From the NCBI GenBank assembly GCA_038145705.1, contig JAYQQF010000011.1:43753-107752 (forward strand): 64,000 nt of DNA, in the 5' to 3' direction. This document shows positions 27,820 to 36,060 of this stretch, piece after piece. The notes beneath the pieces are model-generated. The model was not told the origin of the DNA. It did no database searches and saw nothing but the letters and a program-made list of their open reading frames with translations. Made by a program: the position numbers and the translations under genes. This DNA comes from Alphaproteobacteria bacterium (GTDB lineage: Bacteria; Pseudomonadota; Alphaproteobacteria; SMXQ01). Each line of letters starts with the position of its first letter. Position 1 is the stretch's first letter.

Positions 27820-28739
27820 CCGATCTTAAACTCATCTGCTTTCCCGGCGCGCCCAACCTGCCGATCTTCGCCGCCATCGAAAAGGGCTGGTTTGCCGCGA
27901 ACGGCGTCAACGTCAAGCTGACGACGACGCCTTCTTCCGCCTTTCAGGCCGAGAACCTCGCCAACGGCACGTTTGACATCGCCGGCACCGCTTTCGACAA
28001 CGTCGTCGCCTACCGCGAAAAGCAGGGCGCGGTGATGATCGACCCGGTTCCCGATTTCTTCGCCTTCATGGGCGCGACGCAGATTGAACTGGCGCTGGTC
28101 GCGGCCAAGGACGTGAAGTCCGTTGCCGATCTCAAGGGCCGCTCTGTGGCGCTCGATGCGCTGGCGACGGGCTTCGCCTTCGTGCTTTACGAAATGCTGG
28201 AACGTGCCGGCCTCAAGCAGGCGGACGTCGAAATGGCCGCCGTCGGCGCCACGCCCCTGCGCTGGGAATCGGTGCGCGCGGGCACCCATGCGGCGACGCT
28301 GACCATCGAGCCGTTCACCTCGATCGCCCGCGCCCAGGGCTTCAACGTGGTCGAAACCAGCACCAACATGTTCGCCGCCTACCAGGGTGGCTCTTTCGCC
28401 GCCCGCTATTCCTGGGCATCGGCCAACGCCGACGCGGTCAAGGGCTTCATCCGGGGCTACCTCAAGGGCCTCGACTGGACGCTCGATCCCGCCAACAAGG
28501 ACGAGGCGGTGAAGCTGCTTCTCGCCAACATGGACGGCATCAAGCCGGAAGTCGCGCCCAAGGTCGTCGCCAACCTCGTCAACCCGCGCTCGGGCCTGAC
28601 GCCCAAGGCGGCCTTCCTGCCCGACGGCGTGGCGACGGTGCTGGAACTGCGCCGGCGCTACGGCGGCGGCAAGGCCAATGCCGACCCGGCCCGCTACATC
28701 GACACCAGCTTCTACGACGACGCCGTCAAGGGCGTCTGA
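27816..28739 (+). CDS. NMT1/THI5-like (SsuA/TauA-like PBP fold) protein without signal peptide
   Basis: MTDLKLICFPGAPNLPIFAAIEKGWFAANGVNVKL...; ATG overlaps Mo-hydroxylase stop (ATGA), so translationally coupled; no export signal, so likely cytoplasmic. Confidence 0.7.
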   Translation: MTDLKLICFPGAPNLPIFAAIEKGWFAANGVNVKLTTTPSSAFQAENLANGTFDIAGTAFDNVVAYREKQGAVMIDPVPDFFAFMGATQIELALVAAKDVKSVADLKGRSVALDALATGFAFVLYEMLERAGLKQADVEMAAVGATPLRWESVRAGTHAATLTIEPFTSIARAQGFNVVETSTNMFAAYQGGSFAARYSWASANADAVKGFIRGYLKGLDWTLDPANKDEAVKLLLANMDGIKPEVAPKVVANLVNPRSGLTPKAAFLPDGVATVLELRRRYGGGKANADPARYIDTSFYDDAVKGV

Positions 28740-28760
28740 CACGCATCAGGGGGAAAGATC

Positions 28761-29234
28761 ATGGAAATTCGCCGCGTCGTTATCGGCCACGACAAGGACG
28801 GCAAGGCCGTCGTCGAACAGGACGCCCTGATGTCTAACGTCAAGGTCATGCCGTCGGGCCATTCGGGCTGCGTCATGTGGGCGACCGACGGTTCGCCCGC
28901 CGATCCCGACGTGGCCGAGGACCCCGCCGCCAAGGACCGCCCCCTGCCGCCGCCCGAAAACGGCACCGTGCTCCGCATCCTCCAGCTGGTGCCGCACAAG
29001 CCCGCCTTCATGCATCGCACCGACACGGTCGATTACTGCATCGTCCTTGAGGGCGAATGCTTCATGAAGATGGACGACGACAAGGAAGTGAAGCTGAAGC
29101 AGGGCGACATCCTGATCCAGAAGGGCACCTGGCACGGCTGGGAAAACCGCTCGGACGCGACCTGCCGGCTGGCCTTCGTGCTGATCGACGGCAAGGCGCC
29201 GGCCAAGACCCTGCACCCGACGCTCGGGCACTAG
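28761..29234 (+). CDS. cupin domain protein
   Basis: 157 aa; GTWHGWEN cupin motif. Confidence 0.7.
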   Translation: MEIRRVVIGHDKDGKAVVEQDALMSNVKVMPSGHSGCVMWATDGSPADPDVAEDPAAKDRPLPPPENGTVLRILQLVPHKPAFMHRTDTVDYCIVLEGECFMKMDDDKEVKLKQGDILIQKGTWHGWENRSDATCRLAFVLIDGKAPAKTLHPTLGH

Positions 29235-29238
29235 GTTT

Positions 29239-30042
29239 TTATTTCACGAGCTTGCGAAGGCTGGCGACCTCGGCGCTGGCGGCCTGCTGCAGCAGCACGC
29301 CGTCGACGCGGCCCATGAGGAAACGTCCGCCCATTTCCACCACCTGGTTCAGAACCGGGCCTTCCTTGATGCCGCCGACGCCGAGCGCCTTGCCGTGCCT
29401 GCGGCAGGCCTCCGCCGTGCGGCGATAGGCGTCAAGCACCTTCGGATCGTCGAGCTTGCCGGGAATGCCCATCTCGGCACAAAGATCGTTGGTGCCGATC
29501 AGGAGCATGTCGACGCCCTCGACGGCGGCGATGGCATCGGCATTGTCGATCGCTTCGGGGCTTTCCAGCATGGTCACGAGAACCGTGTTGGCGTTGATCA
29601 GTCGGTAGGATTCCTCGATACCGACGGACAGCCCAGCGAGCGGCCCGTAGCCCGCGAGCGAGCGGTTGCCGAGCGGCGGATAGCGGCAGGCCGCGACGCA
29701 GGCGCGCGCCGTTTCGGCATCGTCCACATGGGGGACGATGACGCCATGACAGCCGCCATCGAGCACGCGGCTGATCCAGTCGTGATCGTGGGACGGAACG
29801 CGGGCCATCGGCACCACGCCCGCAAGGGCCGCCGCCTGGGCGATCTGGGCGACATGATCGAGGGAGAGCGTCGAATGTTCGAGGTCGCAATAGAGCGCGT
29901 CGTAGCCCGCCAGCCGGACGATCTGGGCGATTTCGACCGTGCGCGAGAACCGCACCGTGGCGCAGAGCGTCAGCGCGCCGGCGGCAAGCCGCGCCTTCAT
30001 CTGCGCGCCGAGAAGTCCCGGAATGTCCTTTGCGTCCGCCAT
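29239..30042 (-). CDS. HpcH/HpaI-family 2-keto-3-deoxy-acid (pyruvate) aldolase
   Basis: 267 aa; HpcH/HpaI aldolase/citrate-lyase fold hallmarks (LGNRSL, IGTNDL). Confidence 0.75.
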   Translation of the reverse strand: MADAKDIPGLLGAQMKARLAAGALTLCATVRFSRTVEIAQIVRLAGYDALYCDLEHSTLSLDHVAQIAQAAALAGVVPMARVPSHDHDWISRVLDGGCHGVIVPHVDDAETARACVAACRYPPLGNRSLAGYGPLAGLSVGIEESYRLINANTVLVTMLESPEAIDNADAIAAVEGVDMLLIGTNDLCAEMGIPGKLDDPKVLDAYRRTAEACRRHGKALGVGGIKEGPVLNQVVEMGGRFLMGRVDGVLLQQAASAEVASLRKLVK

Positions 30043-30099
30043 CGCGTCCCCCTGTCTATTTCCCGTGGCCGTTTTCCTGCTTATAGCAGCCCGGGAAGC

Positions 30100-30132
30100 G
30101 AAAAAAAGGGCCGGGTTGACCCGGCCCTTTTC
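30100..30132 (-). terminator. intrinsic (rho-independent) terminator, bidirectional hairpin
   Basis: AAAAAAA-GGGCCGGG-ttga-CCCGGCCC-TTTT immediately after TctC gene stop (30152) on the minus strand; A-run/T-run on both sides. Confidence 0.7.
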
Positions 30133-30151
30133 CGTTTCGGATACCCGAAAC

Positions 30152-31159
30152 CTACTTGATCGCCGCGGCCGCCTTCGGAATCAGGTTCTTGGGCGTGGCG
30201 TAGAGCTTTTCGACCATCTTGGCGACATCCTCGCCGCGCAGGGGATCGATGATGCCGCGCTTGGTCTTGATCGATTCGTCGATCAGGGCCTTGTCGTGGA
30301 TCGTCTTCCAGAACGACTCGCGCAGCACCGCAACCTTGTCCATCGGCACCTTGCTGGACACGATGAAGGGCCGGAAGATCAGGTTGTGGGTGGTCACCAG
30401 ATCGATGATCTGCTTCTGCTCGTCGTTGGCGAACTCGCTGATGTGCGGGATGCCCTTGAGCTCCGGCACGTTGACCTTGGAGATGCGGATGAAGATGTTG
30501 GTCTTTTTCTCCGCAAGCCAGTGCGGCGGCACGCTTTCCCACGTGCCGCAGTCGCCGTCCAGCTCGCCGCGCTCGACCGCGAGGCGCTGCTCGGTGGCGC
30601 CCGGATAGCCGACGATCTGCTTGATCTTGGCGCCGAACACGTTCTTCAGGATCGCTGCATCGAGGTAGGTCGAAGCGGAATTGCCCGTGTGGCCGGTGGA
30701 GAACTGGCTCTTCTTCAGGAGATCCTGGAAGGTCTTCACTCCCGTCGTGTGCCAGGCATGGCAGACGCGGGCATCGGCGGTGGCGCTGCCGATGAAGTGG
30801 ACGTCCTTGGAAAAGTCCGCCTTGACCTTGTTGGGCGTCAGCAGCGAGCCCAGCACCAGGCCGGGATTGAACAGCACGATGTAGGTGCCGTCGGTCGGCG
30901 CAGCCTTGAGGGACTGCACCGCCTTGAACGAACCGGCGCCCGGCATGTTGCTGACGACGATGCTGGGCTTGCCCGGGATATGGGCGCCCAGGTGACGGCC
31001 GACCATGCGGCCGAAGGCATCGAAGCCCGCACCCGCCGACGAACCGACGACGATGCGCATGTTCTTGCCGCCCGAGAAGCTCTCGGCGGCGAAGGACGAG
31101 GTCGCGGCAACCACGCCCGCGACCAACGCCAGACCCGGGAAAACGCCAGCAATCTTCAT
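30152..31159 (-). CDS. TctC/Bug-family substrate-binding protein, paralog 2
   Basis: ORF 30152..31240 trimmed to MKIAGVFPGLALVAGVVAATSSFAAES (signal); FSGGKNMRIVVGSSAGAGFDAFGR; GKPSIVVSNMPGAGS. Confidence 0.8.
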   Translation of the reverse strand: MKIAGVFPGLALVAGVVAATSSFAAESFSGGKNMRIVVGSSAGAGFDAFGRMVGRHLGAHIPGKPSIVVSNMPGAGSFKAVQSLKAAPTDGTYIVLFNPGLVLGSLLTPNKVKADFSKDVHFIGSATADARVCHAWHTTGVKTFQDLLKKSQFSTGHTGNSASTYLDAAILKNVFGAKIKQIVGYPGATEQRLAVERGELDGDCGTWESVPPHWLAEKKTNIFIRISKVNVPELKGIPHISEFANDEQKQIIDLVTTHNLIFRPFIVSSKVPMDKVAVLRESFWKTIHDKALIDESIKTKRGIIDPLRGEDVAKMVEKLYATPKNLIPKAAAAIK

Positions 31160-31178
31160 GGGAAAGGTCTCCTGTAGG

Positions 31179-32186
31179 TTATTCGACCGCCTTGGCCGAA
31201 ACCGCGACCAGCTTGGCCGGGGTCTTGTAAAGTTCTTCAATCATCTTCTCGACGTCCTCGCCCTTCATCGGCGAGATGACCGTGCGGCCGGACCGCTTGG
31301 CGTCATCGAGGAACGGCTTGCCGTTGACCATGTCCCACATCGCCTTGCGCAGGGTGGCGAGCTTGCCCGCCGGGGTCTGCTTGGAGACGATGATCGGACG
31401 GAAGATGTCGCTGTGCGCCGTCAGCAGGTTGACGATCTGGCGCTTTTCGCCGGTCACGAGGTTGCCGACAAAGGGAACGTTGCCGATTTCCGGCATGGTG
31501 ACGCTGGAAACGCGGGCGAAGATGTTGATCTTCTTGTCCTTGATCCAGTTCTCCGGAATGCTGTCGTAGGAACCGCAGTCGCCGTCCAGCTCGCCCTTTT
31601 CGACGGCAAGACGCTGCTCGGCGGAACCGGGGTAACCGACGATCTGCTTCAGGTTGGCGCCGAACACGTTCTTCAGCACGGCGGCGTCGATGTAGTTGCT
31701 GGCGTTCTTGCCGGTGTGGCCGGTGGCGAACTGCTTGCGCTTGAGCAGGTCATCGAGCGTCTTGACGCCGACCGTGTGCCACGAATAGCAGACGCGCGCA
31801 TCGGCGGTCAGGCTGGCGACGAAGCTCACCTCGGTGAACTTCATTTTGACCTTCTTCGGCACGACCAGCGAATTCAGGACCTGGCCCGGGTTGAACATCA
31901 CCATGTAGGTGCCGTCGGCAGGCTGCGCCTTCAGCGACTGCACCGACTTCATCGAGCCCGCGCCCGGCAGGTTGCTGACGACGATATTGGGCTTGCCCGG
32001 CAGGTACTGGCCGAGGTTGCGCCCGGCGAGACGCCCGAACGCATCGAACCCGCCGCCGGCGGACGATCCCACCACGATGCGGACGTTCTTGCCGCCTGAA
32101 AAATCCTGGGCCGCGGCAACGCCCGCGAAGCCCGTCAGGGTGGAAAGGACGACTGCAGCAGTCAGGACACGATGATTGGTCTTCAT
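31179..32186 (-). CDS. TctC/Bug-family substrate-binding protein, paralog 3
   Basis: MKTNHRVLTAAVVLSTLTGFAGVAAAQD signal; FSGGKNVRIVVGSSAGGGFDAFGR; tandem with paralog 2 (19-nt spacer). Confidence 0.85.
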   Translation of the reverse strand: MKTNHRVLTAAVVLSTLTGFAGVAAAQDFSGGKNVRIVVGSSAGGGFDAFGRLAGRNLGQYLPGKPNIVVSNLPGAGSMKSVQSLKAQPADGTYMVMFNPGQVLNSLVVPKKVKMKFTEVSFVASLTADARVCYSWHTVGVKTLDDLLKRKQFATGHTGKNASNYIDAAVLKNVFGANLKQIVGYPGSAEQRLAVEKGELDGDCGSYDSIPENWIKDKKINIFARVSSVTMPEIGNVPFVGNLVTGEKRQIVNLLTAHSDIFRPIIVSKQTPAGKLATLRKAMWDMVNGKPFLDDAKRSGRTVISPMKGEDVEKMIEELYKTPAKLVAVSAKAVE

Positions 32187-32411
32187 GTGACACTCCGGAT
32201 TTTATTATGGGAGGGTGGCCGTTGACGGCCGACGTATTATTGTATTATCGGCAATATGCTAGCATCCCCCCGAGCCGGTCAACTCGAATTGACAGTGGTG
32301 AAAACGGGGGTTTTCCGGCGCTTTGGAACATGCCGAGACCGCAAAAAAAGATGTTTCCGGGCAGAAATTCCCGCAATCGACGGAATTCCCGGGAGCAGCA
32401 TAGGGGGGACC

Positions 32412-33227
32412 ATGACGGCGGCCATATCGGCAGACCGTATCCGTATCGGCGGGCGCGCGCTCAACTACCGCATCGAGGGCGCTGGTCCCGGTGCACCCTG
32501 GCTCACCTTCAGCAACTCCCATGCCACCGATCTTCACCTTTGGGATGAGCAAGCCCCCCTGTTTGCCCGGAACTTCCGCATCCTGCGCTACGACACGCGC
32601 GGCCACGGTTTGAGCGCGGCGGGCTTGGGTCCCTGCGACATGGCCGCCCTTGCCGGCGACGTCGTCGCGCTGTGGGATGTGCTCGCCATCGAGCGCTCGC
32701 ACGTCATCGGGCTGTCGCTCGGCGGCACGACCGGCCTCGAGCTTGCCGCCCGCCATCCCGGCCGCGTCCTGTCGCTGATCGCCTGCGACTGCCGCCACAC
32801 ATCGGGGGCCGAATTCGCCGCGGGCTGGCTGCCGCGCATCGCGCTCGCGCGCGACAAGGGCATGGAAGCACTTGTGTCCTCGACCATCGAACGCTGGTTC
32901 ACCGAAAGCTACCGCGCCAAGAATCCGCCCGACCTCGATCGCGTGCGAGACATGATCCGCGGCACGTCGGTGGCAGGCTATATCGCCTGCGCCGAGGCGC
33001 TGATGGGCATCGACAGCATCGAACGGCTGGGCAGCATCCGCTGTCCGGTGCTTGCCATCGGCGGCGCCTTCGATCCGCCGGCGCCGCCCGCCCTGATGGC
33101 CGACATGGCCGCGCGCATCAAGGGTGCCCGCCACGAAATCATCGCCGATGCCAGCCACATGGCCGTCATCGAACAACCCTCTTCCTTCAACCGTGCCGCC
33201 GCCGCCTTTCTGGCGTCGGTTGCATGA
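32412..33227 (+). CDS. alpha/beta-fold hydrolase (3-oxoadipate enol-lactonase/PcaD-like)
   Basis: ORF 32256..33227 trimmed to ATG 32412 (SD GGGGGGA): MTAAISADRIRIGGRALNYRIEGAG...; GLSLGG nucleophile elbow. Confidence 0.75.
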   Translation: MTAAISADRIRIGGRALNYRIEGAGPGAPWLTFSNSHATDLHLWDEQAPLFARNFRILRYDTRGHGLSAAGLGPCDMAALAGDVVALWDVLAIERSHVIGLSLGGTTGLELAARHPGRVLSLIACDCRHTSGAEFAAGWLPRIALARDKGMEALVSSTIERWFTESYRAKNPPDLDRVRDMIRGTSVAGYIACAEALMGIDSIERLGSIRCPVLAIGGAFDPPAPPALMADMAARIKGARHEIIADASHMAVIEQPSSFNRAAAAFLASVA

Positions 33228-33255
33228 TCTTCCCTTCCTGACAGGAGACAACAGC

Positions 33256-35049
33256 GTGGCTTCCAAGACCCCCGCCAATCGCCCCGGCACCGCCAAGCTC
33301 GACGCCATCGACCGCCCCGCCGACATCGGCAACCCGCAGATGGGTTGGAATTCCGACGCCGTCGCGGAAATGATCCGCCGTCTCGACCTCAAGTACATCG
33401 CGCTGGTGCCGGGCGCGAGTTACCGCGGCCTGCACGACAGCCTGGTGAACTACCTCGGCAACACCAATCCGCAGATGCTCGTCTGCCTGCACGAGGAACA
33501 CGCCGTTGCCATCGCCCACGGCTATGCCAAGGTGACGGACCAGCCGATGGCGGTCGCGCTGCATACCAACGTCGGCCTGATGCACGCCTGCATGGCGGTG
33601 TTCAACGCCTGGTGCGACCGCAAGCCGATGATCATGTTCGGTGCCAACGGCCCCCATGACGCCGACAAGCGCCGGCCGTGGATCGAATGGATTCATACTT
33701 CCGCCGACCAGGGCGCCGTGGTGCGCGACTACACCAAGTGGGACGACAGCCCGCGTTCGGTGCCCGCCGCCCTAGAATCCATCCTGCGTGCCAACCAGAT
33801 CACGCGCACGGCGCCCATGGGCCCGACCTACATCTGCCTCGACGAGGAACTGCAGGAAGCGAAGATCGAAAAGGACATCGCCTTCCCCGACCCGGCGCGC
33901 TACGCCCCTGCCCGCCCTGCCGCACCACGCCCCGACGAGGTGCGCGAGGCGGCCGATATCCTGCTTGCCGCCAAGCGCCCGCTGATCATGGCGGGCCGGG
34001 GCCTGCGCGACCAGCAGGCCTTCGACAACCGCGTGCGGCTGGCCGAGGCGCTGGGCGCACTGGTGGTGACGGACCTGCACAATTCGGCGGCCTTCCCGTC
34101 CGATCATCCGCTGCACGTGCTGGAGCCCCGCTTCCACCCGCGCGACCAACACATGGACGCCTTCAAGCAGGCCGACGCGATCCTCAGCCTCGACTGGATG
34201 GATGTCGGCGGCTGGGTCAAGCGCGCGGGCGGCCCCGACAAGGTGCCGGCCAAGGTCGTCCACGTATCGGTCGATCAATACGTGCACCGCGGCTGGTCGA
34301 TGGACTATCACATCCTGCCGGTGGCCGACATGCGGGTGCTGGCGACGCCCGATGCCTTCGTCGCCGCCCTGCTGGAAGAACTCACCCGGCGCGGCGCCGA
34401 CAAGGCCCGCCCGCTCGGCCTCAAGATCGAAAACAAGAACCCCGACAAGAAGACGCCGATCGCCAGCGGCAAGATGGCGCTGCGCGACATGGCGCTGATC
34501 TGGCGGGCGTTCCGCGACAGCCGCGACGATGTCAGCCTGATTTCGATGCCACTCGGCTGGCCGGGCGACTGCGTCGGCATCGACGGGCCGCTCGACTTCT
34601 TCGGCTCGAACGGTGGTGCTGGCATCGGCGCGGGGCCAGGTATCGCAGTGGGTGCCGCGCTTGCGCTCAAGGGCACCGGGCGGCTTCCGGTGGCGCTGGT
34701 CGGCGACGGCGACTTTTCCATGGGCGCCACGGCGCTGTGGACGGCATCCCACATGGATATCCCGCTGCTTGTCGTGATCGCCAACAATCAGGCCTATTTC
34801 AACGACGTCGTCCACCAGGACCAGGTCGCGGTGAAGCGCGGCCGCCCGCGCGAGAACAAGTGGGTCGGCCAGTTCATGACCGGCCCCGCCGTCGATCAGC
34901 TTCATATCGCGGCAGCCTACGGCTTCGACGGGCGCCGGGTGGATGACGCGGCCGACCTGCGTACCGCGCTGGAAACCGCGGCGCGCGACGTACTCGCGGG
35001 CAAGCGCGTGCTGCTCGACGTCGCGGTGACGCCGGGCTACGCGGAATAG
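33256..35049 (+). CDS. thiamine diphosphate-dependent enzyme, paralog 2 of 23522..25288
   Basis: ORF 33124..35049; GTG 33256 preceded by AGGAGA (alternative ATG 33340, MGWNSDAVAEM...); VPGASYRGLHDSLVNYLGN...GDGDFSMG TPP motif. Confidence 0.75.
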   Translation: MASKTPANRPGTAKLDAIDRPADIGNPQMGWNSDAVAEMIRRLDLKYIALVPGASYRGLHDSLVNYLGNTNPQMLVCLHEEHAVAIAHGYAKVTDQPMAVALHTNVGLMHACMAVFNAWCDRKPMIMFGANGPHDADKRRPWIEWIHTSADQGAVVRDYTKWDDSPRSVPAALESILRANQITRTAPMGPTYICLDEELQEAKIEKDIAFPDPARYAPARPAAPRPDEVREAADILLAAKRPLIMAGRGLRDQQAFDNRVRLAEALGALVVTDLHNSAAFPSDHPLHVLEPRFHPRDQHMDAFKQADAILSLDWMDVGGWVKRAGGPDKVPAKVVHVSVDQYVHRGWSMDYHILPVADMRVLATPDAFVAALLEELTRRGADKARPLGLKIENKNPDKKTPIASGKMALRDMALIWRAFRDSRDDVSLISMPLGWPGDCVGIDGPLDFFGSNGGAGIGAGPGIAVGAALALKGTGRLPVALVGDGDFSMGATALWTASHMDIPLLVVIANNQAYFNDVVHQDQVAVKRGRPRENKWVGQFMTGPAVDQLHIAAAYGFDGRRVDDAADLRTALETAARDVLAGKRVLLDVAVTPGYAE

Positions 35050-35063
35050 AAGGGGGATACGCG

Positions 35064-36059
35064 ATGACCGTCACGCAACTGCAACTCAACATCGCCACGG
35101 CCGATTACGACCACGTGCGCGACATCGCCCTTGGCCGCATACCGGTGGACGGGGCGATCCTCAATTACCAGATCAACCCGATCGAGGAGACGTTCTACCG
35201 CTTCACCCAGTACCGCGAGTGGGACGTTTCGGAAATGTCCTTCGCCAAGTTCGTCTCGATCATGTCGGGGGACGCGCCCGACATCATCGGCCTGCCGGTG
35301 TTTACCTCGCGCATGTTCCGGCTGGCCTCGATCTATGTCCGCGAGGGTGGGCCGGTGAAGACCGGGGCCGATCTCGCAGGCAGGCGCATCGGCGTGCCCG
35401 AATGGGCGCAGACGGCGGCGATCTATACGCGCGGCTGGATGACCGACGAACTTGGCATCCCGCTTTCGGGCGTAACCTGGGTACAGGCGGGGCTGAACGA
35501 GGCGGGACGGCGCGAACAGGTCAAGCTGAAGCTGCCCGACGGCATCAACCTTGTCGCCGAGCAGGAAAAATCCCTGCGCGACATGCTGCGCGACGGCGAC
35601 ATCGATGCCTTCTTTTCGGCCCGCCCGCCCGCCGGCATCCACGGTCCCTACGCGATGATCAGGCCGCTGTTCCCCGATGCGCGGGCGGTGGAAACCGAGT
35701 ACTTCCAGCGCACCGGCGTGTTCCCGATCATGCACACCATCGCCATCCGGCGTCCGGTCTACGAGCGCAACCCGTGGCTCGCGCAGAATCTCTACAAAGC
35801 GTTCCATGCGGCGCGCGCATCGAGCCTCGCGCGCATCTTCGACCGCCAGGCCTCGCGCCTGTTCGTCCCGTGGATCGCCGAATACGCGGAAGAAACCCGC
35901 AAGGTGCTGGGCAAGGACTTCTTCCCTTACGGCATTGAGGAAAACCGTCGCACGCTGGAGGTCTACCTCAAATGGTGCTTCGAGCAGGGCATCGCCCGGC
36001 GCCAGCTGAAGCCCGAAGACCTGTTCGCCCCGGAAACGCGCACGGCCTTCCGCGTTTGA
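35064..36059 (+). CDS. 4,5-dihydroxyphthalate decarboxylase-like protein (PhtD-like), paralog 2
   Basis: 331 aa; LPVFTSRMFRL, GDIDAFF blocks; 14 nt after TPP enzyme stop. Confidence 0.5.
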   Translation: MTVTQLQLNIATADYDHVRDIALGRIPVDGAILNYQINPIEETFYRFTQYREWDVSEMSFAKFVSIMSGDAPDIIGLPVFTSRMFRLASIYVREGGPVKTGADLAGRRIGVPEWAQTAAIYTRGWMTDELGIPLSGVTWVQAGLNEAGRREQVKLKLPDGINLVAEQEKSLRDMLRDGDIDAFFSARPPAGIHGPYAMIRPLFPDARAVETEYFQRTGVFPIMHTIAIRRPVYERNPWLAQNLYKAFHAARASSLARIFDRQASRLFVPWIAEYAEETRKVLGKDFFPYGIEENRRTLEVYLKWCFEQGIARRQLKPEDLFAPETRTAFRV

Positions 36060-36060
36060 T

